A stretch of DNA of 64,000 nt from Octopus sinensis (taxonomy: Eukaryota), in assembly GCF_006345805.1 (NCBI RefSeq), contig NC_043008.1:20460001-20524000 (forward strand). The letters run 5' to 3'. The notes under the pieces are model-generated. The model saw nothing but the letters and a program-made list of their open reading frames with translations, was not told the DNA's origin and did no database searches. Positions 13,332 through 25,385 of this stretch are shown in pieces. Each line of letters begins with the position of its first letter. Position 1 is the first letter of the stretch. A program made the position numbers and the translations under genes.

Positions 13332-14040
13332 GCGCTGGAATCCTGGAGTCGATAGAGGAGGAGCTTAGGCGATTAACAGGCAGTCAAGGAAGCTCCTAAA
13401 GATGCATGGAGCCCAACATCCGCGTGTAGTCACTGATCACCTATACATGAAGGGAGCATAAAGGCGGCGAGCTGGCAGAAACGGTAGCACGCCGGGCGAA
13501 ATGCGTAGCCGTATTTCGTCTGCCGTTACGTTCTGGGTTCAAATTCCGCCGAGGTCGACTTTGCCTTTCATCCTTTCGGGGTCGATAAATTAAGTACCGG
13601 TTTCGCACTGTGGTCGATGTAATCGACAAAACCCGTTTGTCTGTCCTTGTTTGTCCCCTCTGTGTTTATCCCCTTGTGGGTAGTAAAGAAATATATACAT
13701 GAAGGGAGCAAATGAAGTAAGGGGACTGATAAGTGTGGAAGACTGCGTGCGTATTGAACTTGAGAGCTTAATGAGACACCTAGTCCAAAGTAAGGAAACT
13801 TTGCTAGTGATAGTTGGGAACGAGAGAGTATAGAAAGTAGGGGAAAAAGAAAAAGACAAAAGAAATACAAAAAGGACGTGAAGAAGAATTACACGAGAAG
13901 GGAATACACTATCAATGCTATACAGCCACAACAGAAGTTGGTGGAAAAGAAGTAGGTGAGATTGGCTGATGATAGGAACGCTATAAAAAGAAACCGAGAG
14001 CACTATACTGGCTGCGCAAGACCACGTTTTGGCCACGAAC
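13331..14040 (+). mobile_element. R4/Dong-like (RLE-clade) non-LTR retrotransposon fragment, post-RT region
   Basis: Translates GAGILESIEEELRRL/NRQSRKLLKMHGAQHPRVVTDHLYMKGA-[SINE]-NEVRGLISVEDCVRIELESL...DWLMIGTL*KETESTILAAQDHVLATN. This matches the R4-clade motifs MHG..HP..D..RLY, GRGL and KETE..I.AAQD. Confidence 0.8.
13459..13693 (+). mobile_element. Full-length SINE family C with a 17-bp TSD
   Basis: GGCGGCGAGCTGGCAGAAAC head, GGGTTCAAATTCC B box and central CTTTCATCCTTTCGGGGTCGATAAATTAAGTACC. TATACATGAAGGGAGCA flanks it at 13442-13458 and 13694-13710. Confidence 0.95.
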
Positions 14041-15262
14041 TGTCTTCAGTTAGAGATTTTTGGCATCAATAAATATATAAATAAACGTCACCAGGAAGAA
14101 GAATATCTCTGAAAACGTACGCTGCACACTTTATGAACCTTTTAGTAATGAACGCCAATATCCGTTTTGATTATGTTTAAAGTTAAGACACAGACGATCG
14201 ATAGTTCGATAGTATATTCTACTAAACACAGGTATTTAATTTCTGTTTGTTGCAGATTTTACTACGAACCTTGTGTCAAAATATAAGTGTGAAAACATAA
14301 AGAAAAAGGAGATGATAGATTTAAGCTAAACTACTGAAGCATGAACCATACTTGAACACACATCTGAGAGTTCCAAAATAAACGCCTCACACGATGGCCA
14401 AATTTATTCGTGTGATTCATTTAGTTTGGAACTCTATCCATGCTGTTACACAGCCGCTTGCGCAATCAAAACAATTCCATGTCAATTAGGAACATATAAC
14501 TTTCATAAATGATTTGGTAGACCAGGCCAAGACTATAGATCTTACAGTTTAACCCATAATGATAGGTAGAAATTACAATGTAGTGCCATATTGTTTGATC
14601 TGTAGCCTTTAAGAGTTTCATGTGTGATTAAATATCGATTATTGATTATTGGTTAAACCATTAATGTAAAGTCTTACAAAATCGAGTATAGCAGGTAAAA
14701 TACACTTCCACACAAGATTGATAGATATCTTATTTAACCCCAGGTCACATATTATCACCCGGGACTACAATGACCTATTATCAGATATAATACATTTTCA
14801 ACAATATTATTTACGTGTCCTTGTTTTATTTCAAAGTTTATAGTGTTTCAATTTAAGGAGACAGAATTATTTTGTTTCTCGCAACGTGACTTAATACTTT
14901 TGGTTTCAGAAAACGTGCAATAATATCAGTCGTAACTCTGTGATAAGTTTACCCAACATGCTGCCATATTGTATACTAGAACCGAAATATTGGCTTACAA
15001 TCTATGGATGAGGTCAAATATCTGAAGAGTTCAAGAAATACAATGGAAGTAATAAAACATTGTGGTAAGGCAATTGCACCAAATGTGAAGTGAAAAGTGG
15101 AGAATATCGTATTCCAAGCAGGAATATTGAAGGTGGGACTTAGATTATATGAGACAGTTATTCAAGAAGTCACTCTATCGTATCTGACAGATTGTGACAC
15201 GTTACTGCTTCCATAATACAGAATATTTCATACCAATTACGTATACTGTATTGCATTGTGTA

Positions 15263-15458
15263 GAGGCGCAATGACACAGTGGTTAGGGTAGCAGACTCGC
15301 AGTCGTAGGATCGCGGTTTCGATTCTCAAACCGGGCATTATGAGTGTTTATTGAGCGAAAACACCTAAAGCTCTACGAAGCTCCGGCACGGGGTGGTGGT
15401 AATCATGCTGTACTCTTTCACCACAACTTTCTCTCACCCTTTCTTCCTGTTTCTGTTA
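15263..15458 (+). mobile_element. SINE family A, 5' part
   Basis: GAGGCGCAATGACACAGTGG...GGTTTCGATTC head with a body matching the 34197 copy. Confidence 0.9.
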
Positions 15459-15599
15459 CTTTATGAAGGAGTCTCTAATTTGCATACCGAAAGTGTTTAA
15501 CAACTTATAAATACCAGCGGCCTGTCGACTGGGATCTTAATCCACACAGTATCAAGGTATGATATAATATATACATAAAATATGGCCTCATTAATAATA

Positions 15600-15812
15600 G
15601 TTTCATATTTTGCCACAGAGGAAGCAATTTTTGGGGAGGAGATGAGTCGATTACATCGAAACCAATGTTCAGCTAGTACTTAATTTATCGACCCCGAAGG
15701 GATGATAGACAAAGTCGACCTCGGTGGAATTTTAACTCAGGACGTAAAGACGGACGAAATACCGCTAAGTATTTCGCCTGGTGTGCTAACGATTCTGCCA
15801 TTTCGCCTTCTT
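15600..15812 (-). mobile_element. SINE family C copy (alternative tail)
   Basis: Head AAGGCGAAATGGCAGAATCG and central GGGGTCGATAAATTAAGTAC motif. Confidence 0.85.
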
Positions 15813-15823
15813 TAAAAATAGCA

Positions 15824-16012
15824 ATGGCAATAACAATAATAATAATAATTATTATTATTATTATTTGTTGTTGTAGTAGTAGTAGTAGTAGTAGTAGTAG
15901 TTGTAGTTGTAGTTGCAGTAGTAGTAGCAGTAGCAGCAGCAGCAGTAGTAGTAGCAGTAGCAGCAGCAGCAGTAGTAGTAGCAGCAGCAGCAGCAGAAGC
16001 AGCAGTAGTATG
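15824..16012. repeat. Graded trinucleotide microsatellite AAT-ATT-GTT-GTA-GCA
   Basis: Read directly from the sequence. Confidence 0.9.
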
Positions 16013-16720
16013 CAATGTCATTCATAGTACTTTATATATTAGAATTGTCAAAATTTGAGAAGATCATTTTCTTTACAGTTTCTGAGCCAAATATTCCGCG
16101 ATAAACGATAATGGCAATAAATTTGGGACTGGGAATTGTTTCCTAACCAGAACCTATTATGAGAGTGCCAAACGTGGAACAATAATAGAAATAAACTAAC
16201 TTTCCATTATCTATTCTTAACATTCGCATTATGTATGCACGATTAAGAATTCATTAGTGTCACCCTTTTGTGAAGCTGATGTCAATATTAGCAAGACTTT
16301 CTATAATTAGTTATTTAAATAGACTTAGATCTTTGCGTTGGATTTGCTGAATCAAAATTCCCACTGATAACGCAGAGTTTTTCAATCAATTCTGAGTGAA
16401 ATAATATCTGATTGTTAAATACTGATGAAGTGTCTTAATCAAGCATCGAAAGCGTTAAAGTTTTGATTTCTTTCCAGCACGAAGTATAAATGCACTTTCA
16501 ACAGCCTAATCCACCATATTTTTTTCTGAATGTTTCTTTTTGCTTTTATAATAACAGCTATGGTGCAAGCATAGCTTTATGGATAAGAAACTCAATTTTT
16601 CGGGACAGTACCTTACTCGAGGGTCCTATACTACAGGGCCCGGCCGGCCAATGCCATGTGAGTGAACTTCGGAGACGGAAACCTAAGTCCAAGTTCTTTG
16701 TTTGCATGTATGTATGTATA

Positions 16721-17269
16721 CAGGAGTGTCTGTGTGGTAAGAAGCTTGACTCGTAACCACAGGTTTCCAGGATCAATCTCACTGCGTGGTAGCTTGGGCA
16801 AGTGTCATCTACAATAGCTTCGGGCCGACCAAATCCTTGTGAGTAGATTTGGTAGACGGGAACTGAAAAAGGCCTGTTGTGTATATATATATATACTAGC
16901 AGTATCACCCGGCGTTGCTCAGGTTTGTAAGGGAAATAACTATAAAGCATTTTAGAGGAGTTATAGCCAAAAAATAGCAAAAAAATGGGAAAAAATTATG
17001 GTAAATTTTTTGAGAGTTAAAAAGGTGGAGTCGCGTCCCCTAGACAGTTTGTGGTTTGTGTTTCTGATCTCGACCCCATGTCGAATTATCGATTTTTTTC
17101 AGAACTGGGGGAACTTTTCAAAATTTTCGCTGCGTTAGTTTTGAATTATGACATTGGGCTATGTGTGTGTCAGTTTCATCAGAATCGGTTGAAAGCCGTG
17201 GTCAGGGTGAGGGCAAGCAAACAGACACACATACCACAGACAGACAAACTGCCGTTTATATAGAGAGAG

Positions 17270-17305
<36 letters not shown>

Positions 17306-17495
17306 ATCTATTCGTGTTTGTTCCCCCACCATCGCTTGATATCCGATGTTGGACTGCTTACGTCCCCATCACCTAGCGGTTCGGCAAGAGAGAGGGATAT
17401 AATAAGTACTAGGACTAGGCTTACAAACATGGGGTCGGCTTGTTCGACTAAAGGCGGTGCTCCAGCATGGCCGCAGTTAAACGACTGAAACAAGT
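16721..17495 (+). mobile_element. SINE family B (CORE-type, internal microsatellite) interrupted by a Helitron
   Basis: Head and CORE-like CTTGGGCAAGTGTC at 16721-16890; the tail resumes after 17270 and ends AACGACTGAAACAAGTA. Confidence 0.9.
16896..17270 (-). mobile_element. Non-autonomous Helitron (375 bp)
   Basis: Minus strand starts 5'-TC and ends with a subterminal hairpin (CCTGAGCAACGCCGGG) and CTAG. It is inserted between A and T with no TSD; a second copy is at 41614. Confidence 0.85.
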
Positions 17496-17594
17496 ATTAT
17501 ATATATGTATGCATGTATGTATATACATATATATACATATATATGTATGTATATATATAAATATGTATATATATATATATATGTGTGTGTGTGT

Positions 17595-17640
<46 letters not shown>

Positions 17641-17679
17641 TGTGCGTGTGTGTGTGTGTATGTGTACTTGTGTTAGTTA

Positions 17680-17865
17680 CAACCGGCCCTTGACTGGAGA
17701 ATCTGTGTTGACTTGTTCACATCCCTGCTATGTAGCGGTCGACAAAAGAAACGGATAGAATAAATGACAGAGATAGAAATATTAGTTAGTAATGGTGATT
17801 TGTTCGAGTATACCTCTGATGGTGGTTCCTCAGCAGCATGGCCTTACCAATGACTGAAAGAAGTA
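17680..17865 (+). mobile_element. Old SINE family B 3' fragment
   Basis: Diverged tail: TAGCGGTCGACAAAAGAAACGGATAGAATAA...CAGCATGGCC...AATGACTGAAAGAAGTAG. Confidence 0.65.
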
Positions 17866-18649
17866 GAAATATAAATAGAGGAGTAGAAATATTAATATAG
17901 AAATATAAAGAGGTAGAAATATATGTTTGCTACAGGTTTCTGCTGTAAAGATATTTCAGGCTGTAAAACTAATTAAATGGAAGAAGGCAACAATTGAAAA
18001 CGAAGTATAAGATACATATTTGTGTGTGACGTCAACAGCACCGTTCTCAATGTGAGATGTGTTATTCAGTGTAAAGATATTATTTCAGTTTGTAGAAAAT
18101 CAACGAGTTGTTAGTGTATGTGTGTGTGCGTGTGTGAGCGTGTGTGTCTGTTTGTGTGTGTATACTGTATGTTTGTACGTATATTGGAGAACATAGCTTA
18201 AGTCGTCTTTAGGCGCTTCTGAAGCGGACACGAAATGATTATATTCAAGAATTATATTATGGATCCGTAGTCCAGGTGGATTATGGTTGACATTTATGGA
18301 GTGACGCGAGAAGTAATCTTAACGTGACGTATGGTGGAATAACAACTGACGCTTACAGTATATAAAAATTAAAATGCTGTGTAAAATCTTATACATTGAT
18401 TTGCAGAATTAACATTTAGTTGTTCATTGTCTTTACTGTGTCCTCAAGGAATCCTTTCTATTGATACGGCGTTAGAGAATTGTAGAAGAGAAGCACACTG
18501 TACGAGACTGAACGCAAAGCACAATATAGTGGAATCATTTTTATCTGTAATGGAGGGAAAAATGAGAACGCGAGACTGCGAAACAATAGCAATTGTCCGT
18601 ATGGCGAATGTTGCTCTCTTAAAACAGTTTTCTAAGAGGTCTATCATTA

Positions 18650-18653
<4 letters not shown>

Positions 18654-18689
<36 letters not shown>

Positions 18690-18690
18690 A

Positions 18691-18744
<54 letters not shown>

Positions 18745-18745
18745 C

Positions 18746-18787
<42 letters not shown>

Positions 18788-18790
18788 CTC
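18654..18790. repeat. (CT)n/(TCTA)n microsatellite
   Basis: Read directly from the sequence. Confidence 0.95.
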
Positions 18791-19139
18791 TGTGCTATGC
18801 ATACAGAAGTAGTGATCAATGACCTCCATGTTTTCTCTCGTTCCACGCACAACTTAGCACGTTATTAGGCCAATCTTTCTCAAGCCACTTGGTAAGGCTC
18901 TCGAATATCTTCTTCTCTCTCTCTCTGTCTTTCAAGATCCAATTTATCTAGAACTGAATAACAATTGTCTAACATAGTAAGAAACAGTTTTAATACAATT
19001 GTCTCTATTCCCAGCTCCTTTTGTTCTTCCTTTTATTAATTGATGCATTGTTTTCGTCTCGATAATAATGAAATCCTACTTATGATTTTATTAGCTGAAA
19101 GAAAAATAACGGAGACTAATGTTGTTATGATTGATATCC

Positions 19140-19163
19140 TATAATATAATAATAATAATAAAA

Positions 19164-19196
<33 letters not shown>

Positions 19197-19299
19197 GAAT
19201 AATAATAATAATAATAATAATATAATAATAATAATAATAAGAATAATAATAATAATAATAATAATAAAATAATAATAATAATAACTAATAATAATAAAA

Positions 19300-19338
<39 letters not shown>

Positions 19339-19457
19339 CAACAACAACACAACCAAACAACACAACAACAACAACCAACAACAACAACACAACAACAACA
19401 ACAACACAACAACAACAACAACAACAACAACAACACAACAACAACAACAACAACAAC

Positions 19458-19488
<31 letters not shown>

Positions 19489-19534
19489 TAATAATAATAA
19501 TTATTATTATTATATTATTATTATTATTATCATT

Positions 19535-19578
<44 letters not shown>
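19140..19578. repeat. (AAT)n/(AAC)n compound microsatellite ending in its own inverted copy
   Basis: (AAC)n(AAT)n switches to (ATT)n(GTT)n at 19500/19501. Confidence 0.95.
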
Positions 19579-20595
19579 ATGGCTTGCGCTAGAAGCACAG
19601 CTTTACAGAGCTCCATTGAGTCGTTACTTTGTTTCAAGATTCTCTTGGCGAGTAAAACAAAATCATTTTTGTTTTGTTTCAGTGTCAACAGACGTCGGAA
19701 TATATGAACGTTCTCGTCTTGTCCTGGAGCAATATTAAAAAAAGGTTTGTCAAAACAATGTTTTAATTGTGTATTTTGTTTTGCACGGTAGGCATTTGCA
19801 TTGTTATTCGTGGATCTAAATTGTCTCTGAAGTAACAGGGAGAAGTGATCCTCTCATTGATGGCAGTACTATAGTAAATTATATAAATACAAACGTCTTT
19901 CGGTCGTAATTCTTTTCAAGCAAGAAACGATATTTCGGAAAAACAATGAATGCTAGAGTTAAGCCTGCAAAGCTTCAGACATAGACACGGTTGTTCAACA
20001 GAAAATAAAATAAGACAGGAAGGACAATTTAAAATTAGAGCATAATTAGAACCTACGGCAACGATACTGCTAACAAAAATAGAGTTTATATATCTTTACA
20101 AACCTTGTGAATCGTGAGAATTTTGCCAGATGTAAGTTAACTCAAGAGTAAGAAGAGGCATGGTCAGGTAATTTCTAGGAATACAGGACATCTTTGCTTC
20201 TTGCATTTACTACAGAAAGGCAAATGAGAGAGAGGGTGTATATATTTGTTTTCCAAATAACAGAGATGCTTATACTTAATCCGATTAAAGTAGATATAAG
20301 GGGAGCCTTTTAACCGTGCTTGGCAGAAACTTTGCTATCACGACCTAAGGAGGACGGATAAAAGCTTGTTCTTGATTTCTAAGAACAAGAATAATTTAAA
20401 GAGACACGCAGATGTAGATATCCCGGATGTAAGCAGGGAAACTAAATTATATTCAATTAATGACACCACTATCAGAACTGAGATTGTAGCACCTACAAGC
20501 TGATAGGTCTCAAGATTATTGCCTTTTAGGAGGTGATAATACGTTTTTGCACCATTCCGTTCCTTATACATGAATGTGGATGATGGCACTGAATG

Positions 20596-20785
20596 CACGC
20601 AGCTTAGTGGCTAGGGTATTTGTCCCACGATCATAAAGTTATGAAGTTATGAGTTCGATTCCCATCAGGGATTTATGTCCTTGAGCAAGACAATTTATTT
20701 CACATTTCTTCAGGCCACTCAGTACCTGTATTTCAAAGGTCCAGCGTAGCACCTGTATTTCAAAGGACCAACCTTGTCATGAGAG
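20596..20785 (+). mobile_element. Old tRNA-headed CORE-type SINE
   Basis: GCTTAGTGG A-box remnant, GAGTTCGATTCC B box and GTCCTTGAGCAAGACA core; its TACCTGTATTTCAAAGG tail is shared with family A. Confidence 0.7.
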
Positions 20786-21013
20786 CATTGGGTTCAATAC
20801 TACCCAATCTGAAAAAAAAATCTGAAAACCTTAGAAATACCGTACAATCTAGATGTAATCTAAAAGTTAGCATTACTTGGAACTGCATGCATATTGCCTA
20901 AAGTAATGTCTGTCTGGGGCCCTTGTTGTGACTTGAAAAACAGTAAAACCCACCCCCACAGTAGAAAATATTTTCATTCAACAACTTCACAGTATTGTAT
21001 ACTGTGTGCCGTC

Positions 21014-21061
<48 letters not shown>

Positions 21062-21067
<6 letters not shown>

Positions 21068-21477
21068 TTCTGCTATAGGCACAAGACCTGAAATTTTGCG
21101 AGGTCGATGGGTGGAGCGGTGGCGCTAGTCGATTTTATTGACCCCAGTAATCTACTGGTACTTAATTTATCTACTCCGTAAGCTTGAAAGACAGAATCGA
21201 CCTCGGTAGAATTTGAACTTAGAACGTGAAGACGGGCGAAAAGCCGTGACTTATTTTGCTTGCAGACTTAATAATCATAATAATATTTTCTTCAATAGGC
21301 ACCCTGAAATTTTGTGAGGAGATAAGTTGATTACATCGACCCCAGTGTGCAACTAGTCCTTATTTTATCGCCCCCCGGGAGGATGAAGAGCAATGTTGAA
21401 CTCGGCGGAATTTGAACTCGGAATGTGAAGTTGGACGAAGTACCGTTAAACATTCTTTCCCGACATGCTAATGATTC

Positions 21478-21509
<32 letters not shown>

Positions 21510-21905
21510 TCTGCAATAAGGAACAGCGCCCACAATTTCGACGGAGGGAATAACTGGATAACACCGCCCCCAGTGAGTAAACTGGTGCTTATTTTATCGA
21601 TTCCGAAAAGATTAAAGGCAAAGTCGACCTCTGCGGAATTTGAACTCAGAATGTCAATTCGAACGAAATACCTATTTCTTTACTACCCACAAGGGGCTAA
21701 ACACGGAGGGGACAAACAAAGACAGACAAACGGATTAAGTCGCTTACATCGGCCCCAGTGCGTATATGGTACTTAATTTATCGACCCCGAAAGGATGAAA
21801 GGCAAAGTCGACTCTCGGCGGAATTTGAACTCAGAATGTAACGGCAGTCGAAATACCGCTAAGCCTTTTCTCCTGTGCGTGATAACGATTCTACCAGCTC
21901 CCCAC
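21062..21905 (-). mobile_element. Tandem cluster of four SINE family C copies, partly separated by AAT-rich spacers
   Basis: The central GATAAA(A/T)TAAG motif occurs four times in the same orientation; the youngest copy is 21671-21905. Confidence 0.85.
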
Positions 21906-22404
21906 CTTAGAAATAACAATATTAATAATAATTCCTTTTTAGACAATATTGAATTTTCAAATATCTTCCAGATATTAGAGTGTGAAATATTGAAATCTAT
22001 TTCATTGAGACTAAAGCATCGTTTTGTAAATATTTTTATTCGTTTTAATTTTTTTATATTTCTATGTTTTCTACATTTTCATTATTTTCACTATTGTAAT
22101 ACGTCCTCCCTCGGTTCCTAAAAATGTTTCCTTACACGTTCATCTGCGCCATTTTTTCGTCGTTTTATTTTATCATCATCATCATCATCATCATCATCTT
22201 TACCATTATTACATACCGTCGTCAGCAATAACAGCAATCATATTCTTAACAATGCATACATTTCTTATTCTGAGATTATATGAACATTTTGACACTTTGC
22301 AAGCCCTGGGTATATTTCTTTATACATTATATATTTCCTAATATTTCCCCTCAAAATAACTATTTATACAGAAAAGTGTTCATCAAACATGGCGAGTTGA
22401 CAAG

Positions 22405-22412
22405 TATCTATA

Positions 22413-22486
<74 letters not shown>

Positions 22487-22530
22487 CCTATCTATCTACC
22501 TTTCTATCTATCTACGTTTCTATCTATCTA

Positions 22531-22565
<35 letters not shown>

Positions 22566-22697
22566 CCTTTCTATCTATCTACCTTTCTATCTATCTATCT
22601 ATCTATCTATCTACCTATCTATCTATATATCTATCTATCTATCTATCTAACTATGTATCTATCTATCTATCTAGCTAACTAGCTAGCTAACTATCTA

Positions 22698-22740
<43 letters not shown>
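22405..22740. repeat. (TCTA)n/(TA)n microsatellite
   Basis: Read directly from the sequence. Confidence 0.95.
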
Positions 22741-22744
22741 ACAT

Positions 22745-23590
22745 ATGAGTGGCGGGGTAACATATACGACAATGTGCTAAAAAAACCTGAATGGATTCTG
22801 AGAACTTACAGATGGGACCAAGAAACTATGCTAGTTCTATGGAGGATATTTGTACTCAGCAGTCTAGACCACCGTTCTGGATGGTGGTCAACACAGTGTC
22901 AAATTAATAGCGGAACCTGAGGCACTTGAATGGGACAACACAAAGAAGATAGCCTCGCTCTACTGCAAGAGATTGAAAGAACTACGAATATACTCCCGGA
23001 ATCGCAGACAGGAGAGACATGCAGTGACATAATGGCGGAAAGTCCTAGAGCGGCAGGAACCAAGCTTTGGCATCGAAAGCGAAACCAACCCCCGAACTGG
23101 ACGATAGACTACTCAACCATTCCACCTGATATGGATACCTATTTCTTTACTACCCACAAGGGGCTAAACACATGGAGGACAAACAAGGACAGACAAAGGG
23201 ATTAAGTCGATTATATCGACCCCAGTGCGTAACTGGTACTTATTTAATCGACCCCGAAAGGATGAAAGGCAAAGTCGACCTCGGCGGAATTTGAACTCAG
23301 AACATAACGGCAGATGAAATACGGCTACGCATTTCGCCCAGCGAGCTAACGTTTCTGCCAGCTCACCGCCTTCTGTGGATACCATGTACTGCAATAGCTT
23401 GATATTCAAAGCCTCGCGGTAATTCAATACCTTGAGAAGAAATTTGTATGGAGAGATCTACAGGGATTAAGGGTTGATGACTTCAAAAAAACAATTTGGC
23501 CTCCTGCTGTCCAAGTTCCCAGGTGAGCGTACCACACATCATGAAACTCAAAGGAGGGAAGCAATATCGGACCCCCACCTTCACCTAAAG
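22745..23590 (+). mobile_element. CR1-group LINE 3' fragment interrupted by a SINE
   Basis: WILRTYRWDQETMLVLW...YCKRLKELRIYSRNRRQER...FGIESETNPRTGR...MDTMYCNSL...DFKKQFGLLLSKFP, typical of the CR1/L2-group RT C-terminus. Confidence 0.75.
23140..23372 (-). mobile_element. Full-length SINE family C with an 8-bp TSD candidate
   Basis: Near-identical to the 13459 copy; TGGATACC occurs at 23132-23139 and 23376-23383. Confidence 0.9.
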
Positions 23591-23634
23591 CAATATATAC
23601 ACACACACTTACACACACACGCATATAAATATAT

Positions 23635-23669
<35 letters not shown>

Positions 23670-23756
23670 GCATATATGTATATATGTATATATAGCATAT
23701 ATGTATATATTTATATGTATATATTATTGTATATAATATATACAGGCACGTATATT

Positions 23757-23788
<32 letters not shown>

Positions 23789-24335
23789 CAGGCACGTAGT
23801 AAGTAAATAGACACCTTTAATTTTGAAATTCTTTTACTTCATATTAACTGGTTGATGGAGGGGTTTTCTTATTTCTGCTCGTCCATGATACCCAAGCGTA
23901 TGCAGATATGTAGCACATGTTCTTGGACTAACTTCTTGCTGTTTTGTAATGTCGGAAGCCTTCGAATGTGGTTCGTTTTCCACAATTCTCTTCAAACAGT
24001 GAAGGTTCCTTCGGCCGGGACGACAATCTGCTTATTCTTTTCCTGGGCTTTTGAATTGCACCACAATACTATTAACAGTAGCAAGAGGAATTTGAACGGT
24101 TTCGGCAATTTTTCGCAGCCACAGATTGCTCAACTATACAACCTCTTTGCAAATCTGACAGTTGTGCTGAATTTTCTGTACGTGGCATGGTTACTCTACG
24201 CAATTGTTTAATATAATGCCACCTAGAATAAAAACAAAGAATAATTACATCGTAAATTCTCCACTGCTGAAAACATATTAAGACGCATATATGAGAAATT
24301 TTGAAAATTAAAAGTGTCTATTTACTTCCTGTATG

Positions 24336-24339
<4 letters not shown>
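23789..24339 (-). mobile_element. Internally deleted Tc1-like transposon with both TIRs
   Basis: TIRs CAG.CA....(G/T)AAGTAAATAGACAC.TTTAATTTT at both ends, flanked by TA. Minus ATG at 24188 gives MPRTENSAQLSDLQRGCIV...IAETVQIPLATVNSIV...LGYHGRAEIRKP. Confidence 0.85.
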
Positions 24340-24380
<41 letters not shown>

Positions 24381-24393
24381 AAATATATATATA

Positions 24394-24569
24394 CCGGAGG
24401 GGAAACACATAAATGTGAAACAAGGTGGAAAAAAGAGTACTCAAATACCGGTGGTAGAGAGTAATATGCTTATTTAAAGCAGCAGAAAATTCAACGAAAC
24501 CTGTTACTCTGAGAAACCTGTTACTCACAGTAACAGGTTTTGTTGAATTTTCTGCAGCTTTAAATAAAG
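24394..24569. mobile_element. Collapsed copy of the palindromic hammerhead-family element (see 53846)
   Basis: Arms CTTATTTAAAGCAGCAGAAAATTCAAC.AAACCTGTTACT and their reverse complement span 24469-24569 with the hammerhead cores deleted. The 5' extension matches the reverse complement of 54200-54266. Confidence 0.75.
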
Positions 24570-24594
24570 TATATATATATATATAATATATATA

Positions 24595-24636
<42 letters not shown>

Positions 24637-24924
24637 ATACATACATATGTGTATATAGTATGAATGTACGTATGCATGTAAGACTTACAGCTGCAAACTG
24701 AGTGGTTTCCATGAATATCTCATTATTTTAGCATGATGAAATGCATAATTTATTATAGAATCAGAAGAATGCAGCTTCAGCACTTAAAACTAATAGGAAG
24801 ATCAGAATTCTTCCAAGTATAAAATATATTCAAATGTGTTTACACATACTATATGAAAATTTATTATATACGTTTTAGCAGAGATAAACATGCGAAAGTT
24901 GTGCTGTGATTTGATAAGAGATAT

Positions 24925-25385
<461 letters not shown>

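Noticed and set aside
16420-16460. CTGATGA...GAAAGCGTTA hammerhead-like string
   Set aside because: Stem II is partly plausible, but stem I and stem III do not pair.
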